Numbered from the stretch's first letter, positions 32,622 through 44,112 are shown. The stretch: DNA of 64,000 nt from an uncultured delta proteobacterium (GCA_963804955.1 CAWDSQ010000022.1:64001-128000); one strand, 5' to 3'. Translations and numbers: made by a program. The notes: generated by a model from the letters alone, not told the origin.

Positions 32622-35600
32622 CTATGCGGCCTTCTTAAGCAGCACCCTGCGGATTGTTTCCGCAATGGAAAGCCTGTTTATGGGCTTGATCACAAAGGCT
32701 TGTATGCCCCCTGCAATAGCCGACTCTGCCGTCACAAGATCGCTGTAGCCTGTGCACAGGATGACCGGGATGTCCGTGCGTATCTCCATCAGCCGCTGCG
32801 CCAGCTCATAGCCCGTAAGCTGCGGCATGGTCTGGTCCGTGATAACAAAATCAAAAGCAGCAGGATTCTTTTTGAACAACTCAAGGGCCTCCACCGCGCT
32901 TCCTATCGCCGTCACGCGGTAGCCAAGGGAGCCCAGTAGCTTTTCTCCTACATCCAGAAGCACCGCCTCGTCATCCACCAGCAGCACTGATTCGCTGCCC
33001 TGCGGCGCTTCCCGCTCAACAGCGTGCCCCACAACGTTCTCGGCCTCAGCCCGCGGCAGCACGATATGGAAAACAGCCCCCTTGCCCGGCTCGCTGTATA
33101 CCTTAATATCCCCCTTGCAGCTTTTTACAATGCCATGCACCACGGCAAGCCCCATGCCCGTGCCTTTGCCGACCTCCTTGGTTGTGAAGAACGGTTCGAA
33201 GATGCGGCCGATGATATCCCGGGGAATGCCCATGCCGGTATCCTTGACGCTCAGCTGCACATACGGCCCCGGCTTTATGCCGGTATAGAAACCGGCAGCG
33301 CCCGCATCCAGATCAACGGGCTTTAATGTCAACTCGATGATGCCCCCGGTTGATTTCATGGCATAGGCGGCATTGGTGCACAGGTTCATGACGATCTGGT
33401 AAATTTCGGTGGCATCGGCCACAACGACATCATCCTTTTGATCTATGTCAGAGCGCATGGAGATGGTTGAAGGCAGCGAGGCCCGCAGCAGCTTAAGCGC
33501 TTCAGCGATGATACTGTTCATGTGCAGCGGTTTGACTTCGCCCTTGGTTTTGCGGCTGAAGGCAAGGATCTGGCGCACAAGGGCCTTGGCACGCTCGACG
33601 GACTTTAATACCTGCGTGAGGTTTTTCTCCAGAACCATGTTGCCCTTCGCCAGATCTCGTGAAAGCTCCGTATACCCCATGATAACAGCCAGAATATTGT
33701 TAAAATCATGGGCTATGCCGCCGGCAAGCGTACCGATGGCCTCCATCTTCTGCGACTGCCGCAGCTGCTCCTCGGATCTCTTCCGGTCGGTTATATCCCT
33801 GGTGGATGAAACACTTCCGAAAACGGTGCCATCCGGATTTTTCAGCGCCACATGACTGACTTCGGTCTGTATCATCCGACCGTCTTTGTGCAGCCTCTCA
33901 CACACAAAATTCCGTACGATACCCGCTTCAAACAGCTCCTCGATCATCCGCATTGTCTTTTGGAGTTCCTGCTCATCATCCGGGTGGAAAATAGATGCGT
34001 GCTGCCCGATAATTTCTTCGGGACGATAGCCATACACATCGTCTATTGAATCGTTTGCCATGACAATATAACCGGCATCATCGGCAACAGTAATGGCGTC
34101 GGGCGAGGCTTTGAAAATATTTTCAAGATAATCGCGCGACTGCTGGAGCCGCTCCTCCAGTAACTTCCGGTCGGTTATATCCCGGCTGGATGAAATGCTA
34201 CCGGCAGGAGAACCATCATGGTTTTTCAGCAGTACATGACTGGCTTCGGTCTGGATACTCCTCCCGTCTTTGCGCTTCTGTTCAACAACATAATTCCTTA
34301 TGATGCCTGTTTCAAACAGCTCCTCAAGCATCCGCATTGATCGCTGTACAGCATTTTCATCCTCTGTGGCCAAAAGCGACACATGTTGCCCGATGATTTC
34401 TTCGGGAGCATAGCCATACACATCGGAAAAAGAATCGTTTGCCATGACAATATACCCGGCGTCATCGGTAACAAAAATAGCCTCGGGAGAGGCTCTGAAA
34501 ATATTTTCAAGGTAATCGCGCGACTGCCGTAGCCGCTCCTCAAGTTGTATCCGGTCGGTAACATCCCTGCTGGATGAAATGCTGCCGGCCGTGGAGCCGT
34601 CCGGGTTTTTCAGCAGCACGACACTGGATTCGGTTTGTATAATCCTCCCGTCTTTGCGCTTGCGCATATTCACAAAGTTCCGGACGATGCCTGTTTTAAA
34701 CAGCTCCTCAACCATCTGTATTGCCCCCTGCATCGCCCGCTCATCATCTGCCGGAAAAAGAGATGCATGCTGCCCGATGATTTCTTCGGGAGTATAGCCG
34801 TACACATCAAAAACCGATTCGTTGGCCATAACAACATAGCCGTCGGCATTGGTAACAAGAAACGCGTCGGGGGAGACCCTGAAAATATTCTCCAGGTAAT
34901 CTCGCGACTGATGCAGCTCCTGCTCAAATCTCTGTCTGTCGGTTATGTCCCGTGTGGCTGAAACACTGCCGGCAAATGAGCCGTCGGGATTTTTCAGCAG
35001 AACCTGGCTGGCTTCGACCTGTATAATCCGCCCGTCTTTGTGCTTCCGCTCAATCACATAATTCCGTATGATGCCCTTTTCAAAAAGCTCATTAAGCATG
35101 GCGTATGACTTTTGCCGTGTTTGCTCATCATCAGGGGCCAGGATAGATCCATGCTTCCCGACGAGCTCTTCGGGCCGATAGCCATAGACATCGTAGACCG
35201 ACTGGTTTGCCATGACAAAACTTCCGGCCGCGTCGCCGACAAGAATGGCGTCGGGGGAAACCCGGAAAAGAGTCTCCAGATAATCGCGAGACTGCCGGAT
35301 GTCGCTCTCGGCCTGCTTACGCTGGCTGATATCGCGTATTATGGCGGTATAAAACAGCTCGTCGTCTATTTTCCAAGAAAAAAACGGGAACTCGATGGGA
35401 AATTCCGTGCCGTTTTTTCGTACCCCAATGGATTCGAAAGTCGCGCAGAGAACGCCACCCTTCGCCCGCCCGCATATAGGCAGCTCTGTTTGTCGCCTCG
35501 CTTTCGCGCACGTGCGGAGCCAGAAGAATGCTGCTGTGCTGCCCCACCACGTCCTGCTGCCCGCAGGCGAACATGCTTTCGGTGGCTCTGTTGCAGTAGG

Positions 35601-36109
35601 TTATTATCCCGCTGCTGTCGGTTATGATAATCGCATCCGGCGAGTTTTCCGCTATCGCCTGAAAGCGCCCTTCGCTTGCCCGCAGCGTGTGATCCGCATG
35701 CGTAAGCTCCAGGGTCCGGAGCTGCTGCAGTTCGGTTTCAAGCACCTTGCGTACTTCAAGCTCATCCTGTATGCGCTGGTAGTAATCGTGCAGCTTGCCC
35801 ACAACAGCGCCGACAAAAATTTCTATCAGTGTTCCCGCAACGCCAACGCCGCTCGACATAAAACTTGTCAACCCAGTCAAGCCCCATGAGCAGGCACAAA
35901 CCGATTGTGACGGGCACACTCAGCAATCCTGCCCATATGCCCGCCCAGAATCCGTACACCCATGCTATGACAACAATGGGAATGATAGAGGCAATAGCCA
36001 TGCCTTTGCCCAGGCTGTAGGTGATAACCACAAAAAGCGCCAGATATATGACAACTGACAATAAAGCCAGGCCCAGGCGGCGGTCAAAAATTATCTTCGG
36101 TACTGCCAT
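32622..36109 (-). CDS. Membrane-anchored multi-PAS hybrid histidine kinase (HisKA-HATPase-REC), indels in the 5' third
   Basis: AGGIAHDFNNIL, FEPFFTTK..GTGMGL, REC with VDDE/TDQTMP; PAS repeats; TM region in ORFs 35762..36109 and 35317..35919. Confidence 0.88.
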
Positions 36110-36300
36110 GCGCTCTCCCTGACAAGCAGCTTTGCTGAAAAAATTTGTATTTTACTATATATATATTCAAAAATTATAAATTTCAACCTTCGAACTTTGA
36201 CGAAAGCATCTCCTTTATTGATTCTCAAGACCCCGAGGCCACTTTTTCCATGGCCGGTTTTGTATTTTTTTGCTTTGAGCGGCAACAGGGCAGCACAAAC

Positions 36301-36338
36301 AAAAAAGGCACCTAAGCCGCTTCAGCCTAAGTGCCTTT
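36301..36338 (-). terminator. Hairpin/terminator downstream of the tRNA 3' fragment
   Basis: AAAGGCACCTAAG-loop-CCTAAGTGCCTTT imperfect stem followed by a T-run on the minus strand. Confidence 0.55.
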
Positions 36339-36345
36339 ATTATCT

Positions 36346-36385
36346 TATGGATCGCCGGGGACTCGAACCCCAAACCTACTGATTA
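36346..36385 (-). repeat. att site: duplicated 3' half of tRNA-Lys (distal island boundary)
   Basis: 40 bp identical to 50450..50489 (TATGGATCGCCGGGGACTCGAACCCCAAACCTACTGATTA). Confidence 0.93.
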
Positions 36386-36903
36386 CGTATCACCGTTTTG
36401 CCCTCAATACGAGACTCAATTTATAGCATGTGAGGTTTGGTAATCTGGAAATTTTGGGATTTTTATTTGTCCAACCTAAAAGCCGTAATGTGGAGTTTTT
36501 GGTTGGCGGTAAATATAACAAGATATTATTATAAATAGCATTCAGAGACAGGAGTCACAGACTTTTTTTACTGTAAAACCTGTATTATCTGCGATTGCTG
36601 CTGTAGGGTCTGATTCAATCCTTTTGTATAAGTGAGGGATGTCCAGAGAGGAGAAGGGGGGGGCAAAACCCCTCTGGACGCGGTGACCCTCACGTACCTT
36701 ATTTTTAAATATCATTTTTCTAGAATGACCACTACTGCCTTCCGTTATCGGTTGGTACCGCCACTCCTCTATGCACGTGTTGCCTATGGCAGTCAATTTG
36801 TTTCTGCTGGATGTTTTTGAAAATACTCTCTATTTTTTGATTTTCATTCAAACGGGACTGGCATCCTTTCTTCGATGCCGGTTCTGCCTCGCTGCTGCGG
36901 CAT

Positions 36904-38724
36904 TTACAGCGACTTCAGTTTTGTCATCACCGTTTCCACGATGCTGTCTTTGAAAAGGGTATACGCCTCCTGTATCAGTGGGGATTGCCCCTCTTTTTCA
37001 TACCTGCCCAGCAGCGAGCCTGTTATGATGATCCGGGCACCCCGAAAGTCAAAATCGCTTCTGTAGTTGTGCGCTATCTCATGGCCTCCATGGAACTCGT
37101 GCTCGTCAATGCCGTCGACCTCAAATGCCCAGTGCCGCAGATGCTCAAAAAGATCTATCGTTTCATTGGTAAAATAGTAGGGCTGAAAGATGATGACGTC
37201 AAAGCCGCGGTGCAGGTAGTCGACCATGCACTCCATCGAGGACACATGCCAGGAATCGGGATGATTGTTGAACTCGTTCATCCCGAAGCAGAACTCGGTA
37301 ACCCCGGCCCTGAGCTTCGGAAGGTCCCGCTCATACACGAGGCGCATATTCTGCCGTACTCGCGCCATGTTCAGGTCGATAACATCGTCCTCCTCGTTGC
37401 CCGGCGGGAAGCCGTGCTCGCCCAGGATGATGCCCACCTTTGCCGTGTCAGGAATGCCGCAGGACTGGATCTCGTGTTGAGTAATCCTGAAGGCCGCTTC
37501 GGCAAAGGCGGGATTGGTTCCCATTAGGTCCCCCTGCGTCGTGTAGAGGATTGACAGCGGCAGCCGCTTGCCGGTTTCCTGCTCTGCCAGATCAATGGCC
37601 TCCTGCGCGTCTTCCCACATGCCCTTGGTATCTTCAAAATCGTTAAGGTCTGATATGAAATCGCAGAGGATCACTCCCGTAATGTTGTTTTCTGCAATTT
37701 GCTTCTTGATGATTTCCTTAAGGTGCGAGGGCTTTTCCCCCACGAGCAGGGAATGTACCTCCCAGGGAAGCTGCGCGCCATGCTGCTTCAGGCCGTCCAT
37801 GATATCGTTGAAAATAATCCGGGTCTGGTCCCATGCCCGCATGCCGCCCAGAGGCTCAAAATGCCAGTAGTTGCTGATTATATGGGTGGCAAAAACTTCA
37901 TAAATATCGGGTATGTCATTGGGCAGCCCCATCTCCGGGATATGATATCCGCGCAGCACCGTACCGAGCTTGGTCTTGGTTTTTTCCATCCACAGGGTGG
38001 CATCGATCATCTCGGAATAGGTTTTGCCGTCGCAGCCCGGGCCGGTTTCGTGGCCCTGGACGTCGACAAGCTTGTTGGGTGTATATTCTTCAAGACCCTT
38101 GTGAAGCTGCGTCGGGTCGATGAGGGCGGTCAGCATGTCCACTTCTTTTAAAAAATCGGGGATATACCCGTAGTGCATCAAATGGTTCATAATGTTTTTT
38201 GAAAACGTAAACGCGGCATCGAACATGGCCGGCGTCCACTCGCCCCGGGTATTTTCAATCTTGGGCTCAAAAACACCGGCAAAGAGGAGAAGGGGCTTTG
38301 AGGTGTCAAATGTCCCGTTTTCAGCGATCACATTGGTATAGAAGGACGCCAGCACCGCGTCGTCCTGGCCCTCACTGGTGCCGATGGCCTTTGCGGCTAT
38401 TTTTATGAGCCGTTGGCTGGCATGGGATGTGTCAAACTGCACAACGCACGGGGGGGTGTCAAATTCAAACTGTCTGCCGTCAATGGTCAAGACGATCTTC
38501 TTCAGGTTCTTTTCCAGGTCTTCATTACCCTCCCGTATGCGCAGCTCAACTTCCATCATCCCGCTTACCCGTGAAGCGCTTACCGGCTTTACCAGTTGCA
38601 GAGGGTTGGGCTTCCAAATGATCAGGGGCGCTATGACGCCGGGGTGTTTTCCAATGATTTCGGGGATCCGCGAAGTCTGGGTATTGTAGCTTTCGCTGGC
38701 GACATTGACTTTTCTTTCGTACAT
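36904..38724 (-). CDS. Hypothetical protein: Ig-like N-terminal domain plus possible class II chelatase (ferrochelatase)-like domain
   Basis: 606-aa intact ORF; IILGEHGFP and IIFQPYYFTNETIDLFE resemble the ferrochelatase FSAHxxP and PxxFxxDxxETLxE motifs. Confidence 0.5.
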   Translation of the reverse strand: MYERKVNVASESYNTQTSRIPEIIGKHPGVIAPLIIWKPNPLQLVKPVSASRVSGMMEVELRIREGNEDLEKNLKKIVLTIDGRQFEFDTPPCVVQFDTSHASQRLIKIAAKAIGTSEGQDDAVLASFYTNVIAENGTFDTSKPLLLFAGVFEPKIENTRGEWTPAMFDAAFTFSKNIMNHLMHYGYIPDFLKEVDMLTALIDPTQLHKGLEEYTPNKLVDVQGHETGPGCDGKTYSEMIDATLWMEKTKTKLGTVLRGYHIPEMGLPNDIPDIYEVFATHIISNYWHFEPLGGMRAWDQTRIIFNDIMDGLKQHGAQLPWEVHSLLVGEKPSHLKEIIKKQIAENNITGVILCDFISDLNDFEDTKGMWEDAQEAIDLAEQETGKRLPLSILYTTQGDLMGTNPAFAEAAFRITQHEIQSCGIPDTAKVGIILGEHGFPPGNEEDDVIDLNMARVRQNMRLVYERDLPKLRAGVTEFCFGMNEFNNHPDSWHVSSMECMVDYLHRGFDVIIFQPYYFTNETIDLFEHLRHWAFEVDGIDEHEFHGGHEIAHNYRSDFDFRGARIIITGSLLGRYEKEGQSPLIQEAYTLFKDSIVETVMTKLKSL

Positions 38725-38812
38725 AAGCAGCTCCTCAAACTTGGGTTAATGGTTTAAAAACAGCCCCCTGCATTCAAAAAAGCACAGCCCGTGACGACCT
38801 GCATGCAACGGC

Positions 38813-39037
38813 CTATGCCGCCGTCGGCTCCTTGACAAGCGTCACATCGAACTTGCCCAGAGATTGCACCTTGCGCAGCTTATAGCCGTTGACAAGCATG
38901 GCATAAAAAGCGAACCGGTTCTTCTTCGGCCGCGTAATCATCCCCAGGGCGAGCTTGTCATCGCATACATGGATTTCATCGGCTTTCTGCACTATCGCCC
39001 GTATAAGGTCCTGTTTTGTTTTTACTTGCGTTATCAT
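38813..39037 (-). CDS. Small hypothetical protein
   Basis: 74 aa, AAGGAG RBS, operon position. Confidence 0.65.
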   Translation of the reverse strand: MITQVKTKQDLIRAIVQKADEIHVCDDKLALGMITRPKKNRFAFYAMLVNGYKLRKVQSLGKFDVTLVKEPTAA

Positions 39038-39049
39038 AGGCTTTCTCCT

Positions 39050-39784
39050 TTATTTCATAAAGGTGCTGTCTGAAGAGTCTGACAGGGGATTGTGCGGCAG
39101 CCCTCGCAGCGCGAGCTGTCCGGCCAGCACATCTGCAAACCCGTTTGCGGCAGTCGCAATGTCCTCAGGGGTTTTTTCCTGTGTCGCTACATGGTGATGC
39201 GCTATGACACGGGCGCCTGCGTTGACAACAATCTGCTGCATCCCTGTTTTTTTGCCCCGAATGTAGTCCCTGAAGAAACGCTTCAAATACGGGGCATCTT
39301 CACCATACTGTGAATACTTGTTAACCTCGGTATTGCCGGTTGTGACAACCGCGACGCTTTTTCCGTTAAACCCTCCCTGGCGTATCAGCGTGCGGATGGG
39401 AACGCTCAGCTTCCAGTTCCAAATGGGGGAGACGAGAATGATAGCGTCATGGCCGGCGAGATCGGGGCGGGCAGGTTCAATAACGGTGCCCCTGTCGAAA
39501 AAGGAATCAAATCCGGCACTCATATACCCGAGAGTGCCTGACCGGTCCCTGGCATCTTTGATTTCAAGGACGTCGGCATCGATATGTTTTCTGATCGTAT
39601 CGACAATAAGCCGGCAGTGGCCCGTGCGGGAATAATAGATAATCAGGGGTTTGTCCGGGCCGGCCGGTTCCGCTGCCAGGCCGGCAGGACAGAATATGCT
39701 GCAAATCAGAAGCAAAGCGCCGCATAAGCCGACAGCCTTTGCCGCAGCGCAAAAAACAGTTGTGTATGGTACCGTATGCTTCAT
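39050..39784 (-). CDS. Exported flavodoxin-like protein
   Basis: Signal peptide; IYYSRTGHC, LVSPIWNW; paralog of 2074..2733. Confidence 0.78.
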   Translation of the reverse strand: MKHTVPYTTVFCAAAKAVGLCGALLLICSIFCPAGLAAEPAGPDKPLIIYYSRTGHCRLIVDTIRKHIDADVLEIKDARDRSGTLGYMSAGFDSFFDRGTVIEPARPDLAGHDAIILVSPIWNWKLSVPIRTLIRQGGFNGKSVAVVTTGNTEVNKYSQYGEDAPYLKRFFRDYIRGKKTGMQQIVVNAGARVIAHHHVATQEKTPEDIATAANGFADVLAGQLALRGLPHNPLSDSSDSTFMK

Positions 39785-39954
39785 TGCTGTGCCCTCCTTG
39801 TATATGTCTGCGGAGTGCGGGAGTCATCATGCTGATGGCTTTGTCCGCGAGTTTTATCCCTGCATGCAGGGCCCGCAGTGCGCACCGTTCATGCTGTGCG
39901 CAGCAGATGTCTCAAATAATATGTAGGGAAACAACAGCTTTCAGGAGGGCGCTA

Positions 39955-40278
39955 TCATAGCTGAAGTTTGATGTTTGCAAGCGGGGGGGCTTTAATTATT
40001 TTGGGCTCTTCGTAGACACGGCACAGCAGGTGTGCTGATTCCGCGGCGACAGTATTTCCGCTGATAGCAAGCTCTGCCATGGTATGGGGCATTTTGTCAT
40101 GTGCATCCCTGTGGTTTTTCTGGTCCAGGCTTATTATTCTGCTGCTGATCGCGCTGTACTCAAAGACTCCTGCAGTCACCTCATAAGAATGAGGGCACAT
40201 GGTGAGATACACCAAACCTATTACCAGAAGCCATCCGTGGTGTTTTGAATGCAGTTGCATGCGATGTATGACCATCAC
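39955..40278 (-). CDS. Hypothetical protein
   Basis: 107-aa ORF just downstream of a consensus promoter; no recognisable motif. Confidence 0.4.
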   Translation of the reverse strand: MMVIHRMQLHSKHHGWLLVIGLVYLTMCPHSYEVTAGVFEYSAISSRIISLDQKNHRDAHDKMPHTMAELAISGNTVAAESAHLLCRVYEEPKIIKAPPLANIKLQL

Positions 40279-40301
40279 GTATTATTTGATATTCTAACTA
40301 A

Positions 40302-40329
40302 ATTATAAACGTTCCTTTTTTCTTGTCAA
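40302..40329 (-). promoter_or_regulatory. Consensus sigma70 promoter
   Basis: Minus strand TTGACA-N16-TATAAT; the spacer contains a homopolymer. Confidence 0.7.
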
Positions 40330-40833
40330 GAGACTTTTAAAAAAGTGGGCCGAATTTTGAAATATATCGACTGCAACATACCATACATACTTAAATCATG
40401 TTGTTTCTCACCAACCAGGTCGGCTAGCTGCAGTAACGCAAGAAACTTTCACTTTTGCGTGCCAGTTTTTGAATTATGCTCATTAAAAGTTTAACATTAC
40501 CACCAATTACGCAAGTTAAGGCCTGCTTTATCTTTACGGCATTAACTTGTATTTTATCGAATTTTGCAAGAAGCACACAATCAATATTGTCCAAAATACG
40601 AGATCGCCGCGCTTCGCTCGCGGGCAACTGACCCCGTGCTGCGCTTCGGGTTTGGTCCTGCAAAGAACTTGTTGCCTCAAAAGCCCTGCATCCGTCAATG
40701 ACACTCTATCAGGCTTTTTACCCAATGAAAGTTCCTTAGGAGGAGCCTTGGCGACGAAGCAATCTCAGCTGAAAAACAAAAGTAAAAACAGCTTCAAAAA
40801 CCCTAATTTGAATAGAAATGGCACACATTCGTA

Positions 40834-42285
40834 CTATGTCTGAGAAGTTGATGCGGTATGCGGAAACAAAAGGGTGACAGTGGTGCCTTGCAGGGGTTCG
40901 CTTTTTATATCTATCGTACCTCCGTGCAGATCCATGATGGACTTGACGATGGCCAGGCCCAGACCCGATCCTGTCGCGTCCAGCGTGCGTGCGGATTCGG
41001 CCCGGAAAAAGCGGTTGAAGATATTGGGGATGTCGTCGGGGTGTATGCCGATGCCCGTGTCGGAAACGGTAATGACGGCATTGTTATGGGGGCCCTGTAC
41101 GATGCTGATATCAACCGAGCCACCGTCGGTAGTGTAGCGCAGGGCGTTTGACAGAACATTGCTGAGCGCCCGGCGAAACAGCAGCGGATCGGCATGGAGA
41201 GCGGCCTTTCCGCTGATAGTGAGGCTGATATTGTTTTCCTGGAACAGTTCGACAAAATAGTCGGCAACGGTGCGCACTTCTACGTCACCGTCGAGCAGCG
41301 AGGGTTCGACCTTTATATCCGTGCTTTCGGCTTTTGCCAAAAACAGCAGGCTGTCTATAATATGCCCCAAACGCGTAAATTCCTCGAGGCTCGACTCAAT
41401 ATTCTGCTGATACTGAAGCTGTGTTCTTGGCTTGGCAAGCATCACTTCAGCCTCCCCGATGAGATTGTTTATGGGCGTGCGCAGCTCATGGGCAAGATCA
41501 GCTGAGTAGTGCGACAGCCGGGAAAAGGCATCCTGCAGCCGGTCAAGCATGTCGTCAAATGACGTTGCCAGCACGGTCAGTTCCCGCGGCCACTGATCGG
41601 GATTCACCCGCGCGGTCATCTGTGTTGCTCTGATCCGCTGGATTACCGAAGTGATGCGCGCCAGGGGGCGCATGGCTCTTCGAGCCAGCACCATGCCTGC
41701 AGCCGCTGATATGAAAATGCTTATCAGCAGGATGCCCTCGGCCATGAAGCGGTATCTGCGCACAATGCCGGCTTCGCGGGAGACGTCAAGGGCCGCCTGA
41801 ATGAGATACCGGTTATCACGCCCCGCCCGTGTCGACAGAAGCAGGTATGCCCGGTCGTTGGAGAGCCTTTTATTAATGATGACCGGCTTGGTTTCCGTAT
41901 CGGCGGCAATGCCTTCAAAAACAGCATGAGGAGGGCTTTCTCCGGTACTGCTAGTCTGGGCATATAGCCTGCCCGAGCTGTCAAGCACATGAATATGATA
42001 TTTCACAAACTGCAGATCCGAGCCTTTTTGAATTTCGTTTTCCACCCTTTCCCGCTCGACCGTATCGCTGTTAAGAATCGCCTGCAGCTGTTCGACTTTT
42101 TCCGTAAGGAAAAGCGTATCTTCTTCCTCAAGGCTTTTAAGCAGGGCATAGTAAAGTGCGCTGATGGTAACGGCAAGAAGAGCAAACGTAATAAGCGTAT
42201 AGGTTACTGTCAGGCGGTGGGTTATTGATATGGAGGACCGGGAGGCCCAGCGGGAGGGCTTAGTCGTTGCGCTGTTCCAGGACAT
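40834..42285 (-). CDS. Heavy-metal sensor histidine kinase (CusS/CzcS-like)
   Basis: 2 TM segments, HAMP ([16 protein letters not shown]), [23 protein letters not shown]. Confidence 0.88.
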   Translation of the reverse strand: MSWNSATTKPSRWASRSSISITHRLTVTYTLITFALLAVTISALYYALLKSLEEEDTLFLTEKVEQLQAILNSDTVERERVENEIQKGSDLQFVKYHIHVLDSSGRLYAQTSSTGESPPHAVFEGIAADTETKPVIINKRLSNDRAYLLLSTRAGRDNRYLIQAALDVSREAGIVRRYRFMAEGILLISIFISAAAGMVLARRAMRPLARITSVIQRIRATQMTARVNPDQWPRELTVLATSFDDMLDRLQDAFSRLSHYSADLAHELRTPINNLIGEAEVMLAKPRTQLQYQQNIESSLEEFTRLGHIIDSLLFLAKAESTDIKVEPSLLDGDVEVRTVADYFVELFQENNISLTISGKAALHADPLLFRRALSNVLSNALRYTTDGGSVDISIVQGPHNNAVITVSDTGIGIHPDDIPNIFNRFFRAESARTLDATGSGLGLAIVKSIMDLHGGTIDIKSEPLQGTTVTLLFPHTASTSQT

Positions 42286-42938
42286 AGCCGACTCCGCGAA
42301 TGGTGTGAATGAGCTTAACCGGGAAGGGATCATCAATTTTTGCCCTGATGCGGCGTATGACAACGTCAACGACATGCGTGTTGCTGTCGAAGTTTATATC
42401 CCAGATATGCTCGGCGATCATGGTCCGCGAAAGCACCTGGCCCGCACGCTCGGGCAAGCAGGCTCAGCAGCGAAAATTCCTTCTGCGTGAGTTCAACGGA
42501 CTGGCCGGCGCGCGTGACCCTGTGCGACAGCAGGTCGATTTCAAGGTCTGCAATGACGATCCGGTCCTGCTGCTGCACGGGGCCGCGCCGCCTGATGACA
42601 TGAATGCGGGCCAGCAGCTCGGAGAAAGCAAAGGGCTTTATCAAATAGTCATCGGCGCCGAGATGGAGCCCCTTAACCCGGTCCTCAACCCTGTCGCGCG
42701 CCGTAAGAAATATGACGGGAGTCTGCTTTTTCTTTTTTCTGAACTCGGTGATAAGCGTCAACCCGTCCATGCCCGGCAGCATGATATCAAGAATCACCAG
42801 ATCGTAATCTATGCCCAAAGCCATGCTGAGCCCGTCGCGGCCGTTGTGAACGGTGTCCACGACAAAGCCGTTTTCGGTCAGGCCACGCTTCAGGTACTGG
42901 GCTGTTTTTATTTCATCTTCAACAACAAGAATGCGCAT
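42260..42938 (-). CDS. Heavy-metal response regulator (CusR/CzcR-like), indel near 42450
   Basis: [52 protein letters not shown]. Confidence 0.88.
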
Positions 42939-43330
42939 GATAGAAAGCTCGGCAATGCATTGAAACTTCCCCGGCAGACCGGTGCTTCGGCCCGGCCAAC
43001 CGGCGCGTTTAATCGCAGCGAAAAAGCAGGGCATCAAACGGTTTATCTCGCATTAGACATACCAGCCGCATATATCAGTTTCATCACAAAACCATTAAAA
43101 ACTAAAAATTTCGGCCTTCCGCACAACGCTGCCGCTATCCTGCAGCGCCGGGGGGCGCATGTCCGTCCGGAATTTTTTAACTTTTTAATGTTCATGAAAC
43201 ACAACTGTGATTTTCAGGCCGTACTATATTCATATAGTCCTATTTTTTTCGGCCATTTCAAGGCAATCTCCTGCCGTGACGGCTGCGCAAGAATACACGG
43301 CCAACCGAACACCCACAACAGGAGGTTTCC

Positions 43331-44076
43331 ATGAAACGAACCTTTCTCATCGGCCTGTCCGGCCTGGGCTATTTTATCGTTTCGCTGTTTCTGTTCATGC
43401 CGTTTCGCATGAAGCCCATAGAAAATTACAACCTCTTTGCGCTTCCCTTTTTCGCCGCAGTCTTTCTTTTTCTGCTGTACAAGGCCTGCACCGTCGAAAA
43501 AGACAGCAGGGGATACCTGTTCGGCTATTTTGCCGGCATTGTCATGTGGCAGCTTTTCGGCGAAACAGCCTCCCTGACCGTGCCGTCGGGGCTGATCCTG
43601 CAGTTCAGCGACATGAACATCAAGGTGCTGGGCGGCTATTTCTATGTGCTGGCGGGATGGGGCGCTGCTGTACATGCTCTGGAAGCTCAAAATGCTCAAC
43701 AGCCGCGCAGCCTATGTGTTCGTGATTTTTCTGGGTATCTGGTCCTTTGAAGTCTACATGGACAATTACTCCTCCCGGGTGCCCCTGTTCATGATGGGCA
43801 TTGTGGCCAATATCATCATGGTGGTGTTTCCTGATCGCAAGCATCGTGGTGCTGGTCATGGCAAAGCGCTCGGCCTCCATCGAGCGCAAAACCATACTGG
43901 GCGGCGTTTTCTATTTAACGCTCAATATCGTACTCATGTCGTCGGGCCAGTGGAAAAAGCCCCAGGACTTCTACCTAAAGTATGAAGTGCCCGCGCTTCA
44001 GCAGGAATTGACGGAAGCGCAGGAGAAGCTTGACTATATCCAGCGCCTGAAGCTGCAAATGATTTATATGCCCTAA
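43331..44076 (+). CDS. Polytopic membrane protein, indels near 43665 and 43830
   Basis: GGAGG RBS; hydrophobic segments across ORFs 43331, 43644 and 43801. Confidence 0.7.
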
Positions 44077-44112
44077 ACCAGTGTTTCAACACGCATTGTG
44101 AAAGGAGCCGTT

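Noticed and set aside
36346..36385. Second functional tRNA
   Set aside because: Only the 3' half is present; there is no D-arm or 5' acceptor strand.
42309..43334. Long + strand ORF (341 aa) and other long antisense ORFs (27787..28632, 55181..55981, 56500..57204, 58195..58983)
   Set aside because: These are shadows of well-supported genes on the opposite strand.
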